A stretch of 64,000 nucleotides of DNA from Gemmatimonadaceae bacterium. Its GTDB lineage: Bacteria > Gemmatimonadota > Gemmatimonadetes > Gemmatimonadales > Gemmatimonadaceae. Below, piece by piece: positions 28,633 to 38,011 of the stretch. Position numbers and translations under genes: made by a program. Below the pieces are notes generated by a model, which saw only the letters and a program-made list of their open reading frames with translations, was not told the DNA's origin and ran no database searches. How positions within the stretch are numbered: the first letter of the stretch is position 1; every line of letters starts with the position of its first letter. Location of the stretch: contig JBJMOW010000005.1 in NCBI GenBank assembly GCA_045803545.1, forward strand, positions 1,344,001-1,408,000, given 5' to 3'.

Positions 28633-29879
28633 AAGCAATGACGCGCCAGCGCATTTCTGCACTTGTTCTTACGCTCGGACTATGCGCAGCAGGCAGCCTT
28701 CCGGCGCAGCGCCCGCAGCCGCGCCTTGGCGATGCGGGATTGCCGGGTCGACCGATGTGGACCCAGCAGCGTGCACGCGCATGGGGTCAATCGGCCGGAT
28801 GGTTGGTCGGCAGCAACTTCGCGCCGAGTACCGCCATCAATCAGCTCGAGATGTGGCAGGCCGCGACGTGGGATCCGCGCACCATCGATCGCGAGCTCGG
28901 CTGGGCCGAATCACTCGGCTTCAATACCATGCGCGTGTTCCTGCACAATCTGCTTTGGCAGCAGGACTCTGCCGGGTTCCTGAGGCGCATGGACCAGTTT
29001 CTGGCGATCGCGCAGCGTCATCACATCAAGCCGATGTTCGTTCTGTTTGATGCGGTGTGGGATCCGCTGCCGCACCTCGGCAGACAGCGCGAGCCGATCC
29101 CGCACCTGCACAACTCGGGTTGGGTGCAGAGCCCGGGCGCGGAAATTCTGTCCGATACGAGTCGCTACGAGTCGCTACGACCCTACGTCCAGGGCGTGGT
29201 TGGAAGATTTGCAAACGATCCGCGCGTAGTTGCGTGGGACATTTTCAACGAGCCCGACAACACCAATCGCCCCGCGTACATTGGCTATGAACCAGTCAAT
29301 AAGCCTGCACTGACGCTGATCCTGATGCGCAAAGCGTTCGCGTGGGCGCGCGCGATGAATCCATCGCAGCCGTTGACTGCAGCGCCCTGGCTGGGCGACT
29401 ACGCGGATCCATCGCGAATGCGGCCGGCGACGAGATTCATGCTCGAGAATTCGGACGTCATCACCTTTCACAGCTACGACGACAGCGCGACGGTCGAGAG
29501 ATTGATTACTGCATTGGAGCGCTATGGGCGACCGATCATCTGCTCCGAGTACATGGCTCGCCCCCGCGGCAGCACGTTCCAGGCGATTCTCCCGATATTC
29601 GCGCGGCGGCACGTGGGCGCCATCAACTGGGGATTCGTTTCAGGAAAGACGCAGACGATTTATCCGTGGGATTCGTGGAACAACGAATACACAGCGGAAC
29701 CGAAGGTGTGGTTCCATGACATTTTCAGGGCGAATGGACAGCCGTACGATCAAGCCGAAGTCCAGTTTATCCGCAGGGTCATTACAAACGCGCGGGGGAG
29801 ATTGAGAACCGATGGATTGCGGCCGACCGCCTTTTGGACCGAGGGCCGAGGACCAAGTGCATCGATTATCGAGGATTGA
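28629..29879 (+). CDS. glycoside hydrolase family 5 (clan GH-A), secreted
   Basis: AINQLEMWQ; WDIFNEP acid/base; FHSY; ICSEYMAR nucleophile; ATGA overlap with galM. Confidence 0.85.
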   Translation: MKAMTRQRISALVLTLGLCAAGSLPAQRPQPRLGDAGLPGRPMWTQQRARAWGQSAGWLVGSNFAPSTAINQLEMWQAATWDPRTIDRELGWAESLGFNTMRVFLHNLLWQQDSAGFLRRMDQFLAIAQRHHIKPMFVLFDAVWDPLPHLGRQREPIPHLHNSGWVQSPGAEILSDTSRYESLRPYVQGVVGRFANDPRVVAWDIFNEPDNTNRPAYIGYEPVNKPALTLILMRKAFAWARAMNPSQPLTAAPWLGDYADPSRMRPATRFMLENSDVITFHSYDDSATVERLITALERYGRPIICSEYMARPRGSTFQAILPIFARRHVGAINWGFVSGKTQTIYPWDSWNNEYTAEPKVWFHDIFRANGQPYDQAEVQFIRRVITNARGRLRTDGLRPTAFWTEGRGPSASIIED

Positions 29880-29983
29880 GTGAGGATTGAGGACAACCAA
29901 GGATTCGAGCGTCCTGCCATCGGTTGTCTTCGGTCCTCACTCAGTCCGCGGTCATCGATGCACTTGGTCCTCAGGCCTCGGTC
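29837..29983 (+). repeat. palindromic element copy A (62-nt arms, 23-nt loop)
   Basis: Arms 29837-29898 and 29922-29983 pair at 53/62 Watson-Crick positions plus 5 G-U; homologous to 38023-38152. Confidence 0.92.
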
Positions 29984-29989
29984 AAGACT

Positions 29990-30271
29990 TTACTCATGCT
30001 CGAGCCCTGTCCTGTGCTCTCGAATCTCAGTCTCTTCTCCCGCCGCACTGTGTAACGGTCTCTCTTTCGCCCGTCGACCGAAGTAGAACATCAGTGCTCC
30101 AAACACGAGCATCACGATTCCCCACCACAGGTTGATCGCGATGTTTTCCGAGCGCGCGTAAAGCTGAGTGTCTGACCGCGTTGCAGCGCCATAAACCGTG
30201 AGCACTGCGCCGAGCAAGAGAAACAGGGCCCCGATCGGAAGGCGAATATCGAAACGAGCGGCTCCGCTCAT
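29990..30271 (-). CDS. small 2-TM protein accompanying the sodium:solute symporter
   Basis: FDIRLPIGALF..G..L...INLWWG motif, directly downstream of the SSS gene. Confidence 0.8.
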   Translation of the reverse strand: MSGAARFDIRLPIGALFLLLGAVLTVYGAATRSDTQLYARSENIAINLWWGIVMLVFGALMFYFGRRAKERPLHSAAGEETEIREHRTGLEHE

Positions 30272-30283
30272 GGTCGGCGTCTC

Positions 30284-32056
30284 CTAGAAGAAGATGATGT
30301 TGAGCAGCAGCGCCATCGCCAGCACGAATACAGCGATCACCTTCGGACGTTCGTACCAGACGACGTTGCCTTCGGAGGGTTTTGGCGTGAGGCTGTACAC
30401 TAGCCCGCGCAATTCTTCGTCAGGGCGCGGTCGGGTAACGAGGCTGACGATGATCGTCACCACGAAACAGGTGACCCACGCCGCGATCGCGGTCCAGAAA
30501 GTCTGGCCAAGCTCGCTGCGGTAGATGATGTGTGCGCCGAAGTAGCCACCTTTGACGCCCGGCGTCGCGCCGGCCGCCAGCGACATGCCGTGATGAATCG
30601 CAGCGGCGACCGTTCCTGACAACAAACCGATGAATGCTGCATGGCCCGTCGTTCTCTTCCAGAACATTCCGAGGGCAAAGGTGGCAAACAGTGGCGCGTT
30701 GACGAACGCGAACACCAGCTGCAGAAGATCGAGAATGTTGTTGAAGGAATTCGCGACGTACGCTGCCGCAATCGACAGCACAATACCGAATACGGTCGCC
30801 ACGCGTCCCATCCACAGGTAGTGCTCGTCGCTCGCGCCCTTCTTGATGTGGCTCTGATAGATGTCGTAGGTCCAGACAGTGTTGAATGCGGTGACGTTGC
30901 CCGCCATTCCCGACATGAACGATGCGAGGAGCGCAGTGAGTCCGAGGCCGAGCATTCCCGACGGGAAGAACCGAATCAGCATCATCGGCACGGAGAGGTC
31001 ATAGTCCAGCACGACGTGTCCCGCCTGATCCAGAAGCGCGGCACCGGTTGCAGGATCGATTTTCGGCGGAATGACTCCCTGTCCGCCAGCGACCGACAGT
31101 GGTCCGCTTCCGCCGTGGGCGTGCCAGTCGACGGCCAGCGCGATCATTCCCGGCAGAATCACCAGGAACGGAAAAAAGACTTTCGGGATCGCCGCGATTA
31201 GCGGAGTGCGACGCGCCGCCGCCATGTTCTCCGACGCCATCGCTCGTTGCACGACCAGAAAGTCGGTGCACCAATAGCCGAACGAGAGCACGAAGCCGAG
31301 GCCCATCGCCAAGCCGAACCACTCCACTCCGATTGGATTCTGCGACGAGTCCGCCATGTATCGCCAGGTGTGTGTCAGGGCGCCCGCCTCGAACCCGCGT
31401 CCCACAGCGACCTCAGCCAGTTTGGCCTTGAGTCCGGTCCATCCTCCCGCCGCACGGAGCCCGAGAAATACGAGCGGCGCAAATCCGAAGACGATCAGGA
31501 AGAACTGGAGTACTTCGTTGTAGATCGCGCTGGTGAGCCCGCCAAGGAAGATGTAGGCGAGCACGATCAGCGCGGCGACGATCATGCTGAAGTGAAAGCT
31601 CCAGCCGAGCAGCAGGTTGAACAACTTTCCCATCGCGTACATCGAGATTCCCGACGACATGATCGTCATCACCGCGAATGAGATCGCGTTGAGGCTGCGG
31701 GTCTTCTCGTCGAAGCGAAGCTTGAGATACTCGGGGACGGATCGCGCGCGCGAGCCGTAGTAGAACGGCATCATGAACAGGCCTACAAAGACCATCGCCG
31801 GAATGGCGCCGATCCAGTAGAAGTGACTCGTCGCGATGCCGTACTTCGCGCCCGACGCACCCATTCCGATCACTTCCTGCGCGCCAAGATTCGCCGATAT
31901 GAAGGCGAGTCCCGCGACCCACGACGGGATGGAGCGACCCGATAGAAAGAAGTCCGTGCTCGTCTGCGTCGACCTTCGCAGCATCCAGCCGACGACGAGG
32001 ACGACCGCGAAATACACGATCATCAGGAGGTAGTCGATGCTTGTGAGATGGGTCAT
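30284..32056 (-). CDS. sodium:solute symporter family (sugar) transporter
   Basis: DFFLSGRS, ANLGAQE, SVPEYLKLRF, VQRAMA and about 14 TM helices; an in-frame ATG also exists at 32137. Confidence 0.92.
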   Translation of the reverse strand: MTHLTSIDYLLMIVYFAVVLVVGWMLRRSTQTSTDFFLSGRSIPSWVAGLAFISANLGAQEVIGMGASGAKYGIATSHFYWIGAIPAMVFVGLFMMPFYYGSRARSVPEYLKLRFDEKTRSLNAISFAVMTIMSSGISMYAMGKLFNLLLGWSFHFSMIVAALIVLAYIFLGGLTSAIYNEVLQFFLIVFGFAPLVFLGLRAAGGWTGLKAKLAEVAVGRGFEAGALTHTWRYMADSSQNPIGVEWFGLAMGLGFVLSFGYWCTDFLVVQRAMASENMAAARRTPLIAAIPKVFFPFLVILPGMIALAVDWHAHGGSGPLSVAGGQGVIPPKIDPATGAALLDQAGHVVLDYDLSVPMMLIRFFPSGMLGLGLTALLASFMSGMAGNVTAFNTVWTYDIYQSHIKKGASDEHYLWMGRVATVFGIVLSIAAAYVANSFNNILDLLQLVFAFVNAPLFATFALGMFWKRTTGHAAFIGLLSGTVAAAIHHGMSLAAGATPGVKGGYFGAHIIYRSELGQTFWTAIAAWVTCFVVTIIVSLVTRPRPDEELRGLVYSLTPKPSEGNVVWYERPKVIAVFVLAMALLLNIIFF

Positions 32057-32057
32057 T

Positions 32058-32155
32058 GCGGGATGGGGATGAGGGATGGGGGATGAGAACTGCGAAACGC
32101 GGTCAGGGCGCGCATATCTCGCCGCGCCCGCCCGCATCCCCCATCCCCATCCCAC
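32058..32155 (-). repeat. hairpin with (GGGGATG)-like arms in the symporter leader
   Basis: 25-nt arms 32058-32082 and 32131-32155 pair at 22/25 positions; two of the mismatches are G-U on the minus strand. Confidence 0.8.
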
Positions 32156-32165
32156 TTCGACCGCG

Positions 32166-32194
32166 AAACTAGCCCCATAACGCCACAACCGCAA
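32166..32194 (-). promoter_or_regulatory. putative sigma-70 promoter of the symporter
   Basis: Minus strand TTGCGG-N17-TAGTTT. Confidence 0.5.
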
Positions 32195-32210
32195 ACGGAT
32201 GAGCTGTCAC

Positions 32211-32257
32211 TTGACACCACTTCCGCGGCGCGCCATGCTCTCTGGCCGAACCGGTTT
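32211..32257 (+). promoter_or_regulatory. sigma-70 promoter and LacI-type operator of the lacI-susCD operon
   Basis: TTGACA-N17-CATGCT (32211-32239), then the CG-centred palindrome AACCGGTT (32249-32256). Confidence 0.65.
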
Positions 32258-32303
32258 GAATGAGTTCAAGGCGGTTCGGAGGCGAGTCCTGTCGATCCCG
32301 ATT

Positions 32304-33377
32304 ATGACGGAAAAGCGTCCCACCATCTCCGACGTCGCACGCCAGACCGGTGTCTCTAAAGCCACCGTTTCCGCAGTGCTGAACGACAGCGAAGGTGTCA
32401 ACATCGACACCCGCGATCGTGTGCTCGCCACCATCGAGTCGCTCAACTATCGGCCGACGCAGCAGTCGGGATTGAGAGCCGCGACTCGCTACCGCAGTAT
32501 CGCGCTCATCATCAAAGAGTACGACAACCCGTACTACGACGAAGTGACCTCCGGCGTGCGCGAATACGCCGAGTCTCAGGGATACATGTTGTTCGTCGTC
32601 AGCAGCGAAGGCAGCTACTCCGCGGAAAAACGCGCGGTGGAGTTACTGCGCGAGAAAGGCGTCGACGGTTTGATTGCCGCGCCGGTGATGGACGAGCACG
32701 CCGATCTCTCGCACTTCTACGAGCTCAAGCGCCGGAACTTTCCGTTCGTTTTTCTGGAGCAGGTGCGCGGCGTTCCGGCGAGTCTGGTCGATTTGGAGAA
32801 CATCAGCGCCTCGCAAAAGGCTGTCGAGTATTTGCTCTCGCTCGGCCATCGCCGCGTCGCGCACTTCGCCGGGCCGAAATACTCGTTGCACAGCGAAGAG
32901 CGCGCGAATGGCGTCCGCCGCGCTTATAGCAGCACGCACCTCGTGCTCGCGCCGGAGGACATCATCGTCGCCGGCGCGCACTTCGAGGATGGTTTCCGCT
33001 GCGGCCGCACTTTGTTCGAGTCTCGCGCGAGAGATCAATGGCCAACCGCGATCACCTGCTACAACGACCTCGTCGCGATGGGGTTGGTGAAAGCCATCAT
33101 CGATCTCGGGATGACAGTCCCGGACGATCTGTCCGTGATTGGCTTCGACGACATCAAGTTCTGCGAGACGTTCCTCGTGCCTCTCACGACGGTGCGTGTC
33201 CCCAAGTTCGACATGGGCAATCGCGCCGCCCGCATGCTTATCGATCACATCGAATCGAGAGAGGCGGTGACACCGCAGCGTCACTATCTCGATGCAACAC
33301 TGGTAATTCGCAAATCGACAGCACCGCTTTCCGTATCCCGCTTCCCGCATCCCGCGACAACCGGAGGTAACCCTTGA
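32304..33377 (+). CDS. LacI family transcriptional regulator
   Basis: PTISDVARQTGVSKATVSAVLN HTH; VPDDLSVIGFDD; PLTTV. Confidence 0.95.
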   Translation: MTEKRPTISDVARQTGVSKATVSAVLNDSEGVNIDTRDRVLATIESLNYRPTQQSGLRAATRYRSIALIIKEYDNPYYDEVTSGVREYAESQGYMLFVVSSEGSYSAEKRAVELLREKGVDGLIAAPVMDEHADLSHFYELKRRNFPFVFLEQVRGVPASLVDLENISASQKAVEYLLSLGHRRVAHFAGPKYSLHSEERANGVRRAYSSTHLVLAPEDIIVAGAHFEDGFRCGRTLFESRARDQWPTAITCYNDLVAMGLVKAIIDLGMTVPDDLSVIGFDDIKFCETFLVPLTTVRVPKFDMGNRAARMLIDHIESREAVTPQRHYLDATLVIRKSTAPLSVSRFPHPATTGGNP

Positions 33378-36300
33378 AGAACAACTCTAGCCGTGCACTA
33401 CGCAGAGTGGCCAGCTTCCTCACGCTCGTCGGCGTGATCGGAGCCGCGCTCTGTTATTTCGCTTCCTCGCTGAGTGCTCAAGGCACGGTGGGCACGATCA
33501 CCGGCGTGGTGACCGGAGAGGGCGGAGTTCCCGTCAGCGGCGTCCAGGTGACGCTGGTGAATCGCGGAATGGGCGCGACAACCGACATTAACGGCCGCTA
33601 CACCATTGGCCGAGTACCGACGGGTACTTACACGATTCGCGCCCAACGAATCGGCTTCGCGCCAGTGTCGCAACAAGTCACCGTCCTCAACGGTGAGGTC
33701 GTCACCGGGAGTTTCAGCATGACCCAGGTCGCGACGACGCTCACCACGCAGGTGGTCGTCGGCTACACGACCCAGCAACGACGCGATGTATCCGATGCCG
33801 TGGCGAGCGTGCGTGGCGACGAGCTCAGGGACCAGAAAGTCGCGACCCTCGAGGAAGCGCTGCGAGGCCGCGTGCCGGGCGTCAACGTCGTGGCATCAGG
33901 TGAGCCAGGAAGACCGGCACAGGTGATCATTCGCGGACAGAACTTCATCAGCGGCGGTGTCTCTCCGCTCTATGTAGTTGATGGGATGTACCTGTCCGAG
34001 AATCCGAATCTCAATCCCGACGATGTCGAATCGATCGAGGTGCTGAAGGACGCGTCGGCAGCCGCGCAGTATGGAGCGCAGGCGGCGAACGGAGTGATCG
34101 TCATCCGCACCAAGCACGGCGTCGCCGGCGAAACGCGGACCGAGGTGCATTCCTACTACGGCTCGCAGAGCCTGCCCAGGAAGATTCCGATGATGAACGC
34201 AGCCGAGTGGGCGGCAATTACGTCAGCGTCTTACGCGGCAGCCGGACAGACTCCACCGACGGGCGTCGTGAATCCGACGGTCAGTACCGACTGGCAGAGC
34301 GCTGTATTCCAGACGGGCAACATTCAGGATCACAACCTGTCGTTTTCCGGTGGATCACCAGCGCAGGACTACATGCTCGGCGCCGGCTATTTCGAGCAGA
34401 AAGGAACCATCGTCGAGACCGGATTCAAGCGCTTCAGCCTGCGACTGAATAGCGAGGCACGCCGGAACCGCTTCACCATCGGTGAGAACCTCGCATTGTC
34501 GCAGTCGAACAGGACGAACCTGAACGGATTTCCGCTGATCGATGCCATGCGGATGTTCCCGACGATTCCAGTGTACGATCCGAGCAACGTCGGCGGTTTC
34601 GGATACGGGACTGATGCCAATCCGAACTTTGGTACCAATCCGGTTGGCCAGCAGCTCGCGCGCAGCAACACCGACAGGTCGAACCAGGTCATCGGAACGG
34701 CATACGGCGATATCGCGTTGTTTGGCGGTCTGCATTACCGCGGCAACCTCGGCCTGAACTACGCAAATAATCTCAATCGGAACTTCAGCAGCATCGCGCA
34801 GCTCCGCTATCGCACGCCGCAGATCAACGGCGCAACGCTGAGCGAACAGACGGGCAGCATCACCTCTCTGCTGTTCGAGAACTTGTTGCTGTTCAACAAC
34901 AGCTTCCGCAATGGAGTCCACAAGCTGAATGCGGCAGCGGGGATCACATCGCAGCGTCAGGACGACAACGAGCTCTACGTCTATCGTCAGGGATTTACCG
35001 ACGAGAGTCTGACGCAGATCGACGCCGGCTCGACGTCAAACCTGAACAACCGCGGCTGGCTCATTCAGAACCGGTTGAACGCGATGCTGCTCCGCGCGAA
35101 TTACACATTGCTCGACCGCTATCTCTTCACCGGCAGCGTCCGACGTGATGGCTCGTCGCGCTTCGGACCGGGCAATCGCTACGCGAACTTCTCCGCCGGC
35201 TCCGTCGGCTGGGTGCTGAGCGACGAAGGATTCTACAAGAGCATTCCGCTTGTGAACCGCGCGGTAGACTACCTGAAGATCCGCGCCAGTACCGGCACGC
35301 TCGGTAATCAGGACATCGGCGACTACCAGTACAGCTCTCCGATCATTCAGAATCAGAATTACATGTTCGGCGGCAACGTCGTCGCCGGTTCGACGCAGCT
35401 TAGTCTCGCCAATCCCGGTATTCGGTGGCAGAGCAACAAGCAGACGAACATCGGCTTCGACTTCGGCCTGCTCGATGACGTCCTTACTCTGAGCGCCGAT
35501 CACTACACCTCGACGTCGCAGGGCTTGCTCGTTACCGCGCCAATTCCGTGGAGTCTCGGCTCGAGCGTGCAGGTTCCCGATTATCCGTTCATCGTGCCGC
35601 AAAACCCGGTGGTCAATGCCGGATCGGTACGCAATACCGGCTTCGAGTTCAACGTCGCGCACCACCTCGACAAATCAGCGTTCAAGCTGAATACGACGCT
35701 GAACTTCACCACCATTCACAACCGTGTCGTATCGCTCGGCAATGGCGGGCAGCCGATTTATGCGGGCTTCGACAACGTCGCGCGTACCGCCGTCGGTCAC
35801 CCGATTGGCGAATTCTGGGTTTATCACACGGCTGGGATTTTCCAGTCAGCCGCCGACGTCGCTGCCCATCCGGCGCAGGCAGGTGCCCAGCCTGGTGACG
35901 TGATCTTCGTCGACAGGGATGGCAACGGCGTCCTCGACGACAACGATCGCTACGCGGCGGGAAGCGGGATTCCCAAATGGACCGGCGGCCTCTTCTTCGA
36001 CGGGCATTTCAACGCGTTTGACTTCGCGTTGAACATGCACGGTACGCACGGCAACAAGATCTTCAACGTCGAGCGGTACTGGTCCGATCGCACCGACGAT
36101 CCACAGAATCATCGGTCTGACTATTCGCCGTGGACCCCGACGAACCCAAGCACCACCACGCCGCGCGCGGTGTTCGGCCCGGCTGGATTCTCGAACGACC
36201 GTCAGAACTCCGATCGCTGGATCGAAGACGGATCGTACTGGCGCATTCAGAACCTGGTGCTCGGATACACTCTTCCGACGTCGATGATGCAGCGTACACG

Positions 36301-36478
36301 CATCGGCTCGGCCCCGCGGATTTATCTCAACATTCAGAACCTGCACACGTTTACGAGTTACTCGGGTTGGGATCCGGAGATCCTCGGCCTGGCGGATCCA
36401 CTGGCAAGAGGAATCGACGATGGGCGCATCTATCCAAACGTCCGGACGTTCTCGTTCGGGCTTGATCTGAGGATGTGA
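33374..36478 (+). CDS. SusC/RagA family TonB-dependent transporter
   Basis: CarboxypepD_reg domain; PLYVVDG; IEVLKDASAAAQYGAQAANGVIVI; RRDGSSRFG; QPGDVIFVD; YPNVRTFSFG. Confidence 0.95.
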   Translation: MKNNSSRALRRVASFLTLVGVIGAALCYFASSLSAQGTVGTITGVVTGEGGVPVSGVQVTLVNRGMGATTDINGRYTIGRVPTGTYTIRAQRIGFAPVSQQVTVLNGEVVTGSFSMTQVATTLTTQVVVGYTTQQRRDVSDAVASVRGDELRDQKVATLEEALRGRVPGVNVVASGEPGRPAQVIIRGQNFISGGVSPLYVVDGMYLSENPNLNPDDVESIEVLKDASAAAQYGAQAANGVIVIRTKHGVAGETRTEVHSYYGSQSLPRKIPMMNAAEWAAITSASYAAAGQTPPTGVVNPTVSTDWQSAVFQTGNIQDHNLSFSGGSPAQDYMLGAGYFEQKGTIVETGFKRFSLRLNSEARRNRFTIGENLALSQSNRTNLNGFPLIDAMRMFPTIPVYDPSNVGGFGYGTDANPNFGTNPVGQQLARSNTDRSNQVIGTAYGDIALFGGLHYRGNLGLNYANNLNRNFSSIAQLRYRTPQINGATLSEQTGSITSLLFENLLLFNNSFRNGVHKLNAAAGITSQRQDDNELYVYRQGFTDESLTQIDAGSTSNLNNRGWLIQNRLNAMLLRANYTLLDRYLFTGSVRRDGSSRFGPGNRYANFSAGSVGWVLSDEGFYKSIPLVNRAVDYLKIRASTGTLGNQDIGDYQYSSPIIQNQNYMFGGNVVAGSTQLSLANPGIRWQSNKQTNIGFDFGLLDDVLTLSADHYTSTSQGLLVTAPIPWSLGSSVQVPDYPFIVPQNPVVNAGSVRNTGFEFNVAHHLDKSAFKLNTTLNFTTIHNRVVSLGNGGQPIYAGFDNVARTAVGHPIGEFWVYHTAGIFQSAADVAAHPAQAGAQPGDVIFVDRDGNGVLDDNDRYAAGSGIPKWTGGLFFDGHFNAFDFALNMHGTHGNKIFNVERYWSDRTDDPQNHRSDYSPWTPTNPSTTTPRAVFGPAGFSNDRQNSDRWIEDGSYWRIQNLVLGYTLPTSMMQRTRIGSAPRIYLNIQNLHTFTSYSGWDPEILGLADPLARGIDDGRIYPNVRTFSFGLDLRM

Positions 36479-36481
36479 CCA

Positions 36482-38011
36482 ATGAAATCGACTACACAGA
36501 ATCAGACGAGATCAACAATGAGAATGAAGTTTTTATGCGCGTTGGTGTGGCCGGTGGTTGTCGGTGCCGCGCTCGCTGCGTGCACCCAGGATTTGAACAT
36601 CACCAATCCGAACGCGCCCAACACCGCTGATTTCTGGCGGACCCAGGCGGACGCAATCTCGGGTATCAACGCCACCTACAGCGGACTCGAGCAGCGCGGC
36701 ACGTACCAGCGCTGGCTGGCCTTCGCATTTGACATTCGCTCGGATGAGGGTATGAGCCTCAGTCCGTGGACGGAGCTTCGCCAGTGGAACGGATTCGTTC
36801 AGGGCGACTACAATTTCGAGCCGAGCCGAGAGATCTGGTGGCACACCTACTGGACGATCTTCCGCGCCAACCAGGTCATTGCGTACGTGCCGAATATCGA
36901 CATGGATGCGACGCTGCGCTCGCGCATCGTTGGCGAGGCGAAGTTCCTGCGCGCGCTGATGTATTTCAACCTCGTAAATCTGTACGGCAACGTGCCGCTG
37001 ATTCTCGCGCCATCGGCACCGACCGATCGTCCGGCCAACGCGACGCCCGCCGAAATCTACACGCAGATCGAGACAGATCTGACCGAAGCGGCCAGCGTGC
37101 TGCCGACATCGTATTCGGCGACCGATGTCGGTCGCGCGACGAAGGGTGCGGCGCTGGCACAATTGGGTAAAGCGCAGCTGCAGGAACGGAAATGGACCGA
37201 AGCAGCGGCGACGCTGGCACAGGTGGTGGCGATGCCGCAGTACAATCTGATGCCCAACTACGCCGACAACTTCACCGACAAGTTCGAGAACAACGTCGAA
37301 TCCGTCTTCGAGGTCCAGTTCGCCGACGAAGACCAGCTGTCGCAAGGTGTGTCGGGTCTCAACATCGCGCGCATGGTCGGCGCCTGTCGAGGAAATGCCG
37401 GTGTCGATCCCAGCTACTGCGATGGATTGCCCACGCATTGGTACTTCAACCAATTCTTCGCCGACACGTTGAACCGGGCCGTGTATGATCCGCGTCTCGA
37501 CGCGACGCTGTTCTGGAACCGGCCGGGAGGGATGGACGTCTACGGAACGCCCTATACCGCGCGGTACGGCGCGACGAATGACGTGGTGTACTGGAAGAAG
37601 TGGGGAGAGTACTACCTGATCGAAGATCAGAACTGGGACAACCCGATCAACTATAGGGTGATCCGCTTCGCCGATGTTCTGCTGATGTATGCAGAAGCGC
37701 TCAACGAGAGCGGACAGACAGCGGCGGCAGTTCCGTTCATACAGCGTGTGCGTACGAGAGCGGGCGCTGGCACGGTGCCAGCAGGAATGAACCAGGCGAC
37801 GATGCGCGACTACATCCTGCACGAACGTCTGATGGAGCTGGGACTCGAGCAGTCGCGCTGGCTGGATCTGGCTCGACACGACATGCTGACGGCGGCTCTA
37901 TCGACTCATGATCCGGAGTTCACGAATTTCCCGTCATTCAAAGTGCTGTTGCCGATTCCACAGAATGAGATCGATTTGAATCCGAACATGCATCAAAATC
38001 CGGGATGGTGA
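36482..38011 (+). CDS. SusD/RagB family lipoprotein
   Basis: Lipobox LAAC; EAKFLRALMYFNLV; GRATKGAA; IRFADVLLMYAEA; ELGLEQSRWLDL; QNPGW. Confidence 0.95.
   Translation: MKSTTQNQTRSTMRMKFLCALVWPVVVGAALAACTQDLNITNPNAPNTADFWRTQADAISGINATYSGLEQRGTYQRWLAFAFDIRSDEGMSLSPWTELRQWNGFVQGDYNFEPSREIWWHTYWTIFRANQVIAYVPNIDMDATLRSRIVGEAKFLRALMYFNLVNLYGNVPLILAPSAPTDRPANATPAEIYTQIETDLTEAASVLPTSYSATDVGRATKGAALAQLGKAQLQERKWTEAAATLAQVVAMPQYNLMPNYADNFTDKFENNVESVFEVQFADEDQLSQGVSGLNIARMVGACRGNAGVDPSYCDGLPTHWYFNQFFADTLNRAVYDPRLDATLFWNRPGGMDVYGTPYTARYGATNDVVYWKKWGEYYLIEDQNWDNPINYRVIRFADVLLMYAEALNESGQTAAAVPFIQRVRTRAGAGTVPAGMNQATMRDYILHERLMELGLEQSRWLDLARHDMLTAALSTHDPEFTNFPSFKVLLPIPQNEIDLNPNMHQNPGW

Noticed and set aside
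29837..29983. CRISPR array or tRNA interpretation of the hairpin and heptamer repeats
   Set aside because: No repeat-spacer alternation, no cas genes, and no cloverleaf or TTCRA loop.
36533..37879. 448-aa antisense ORF over susD
   Set aside because: Shadow ORF caused by GC-rich codon bias; no motifs.
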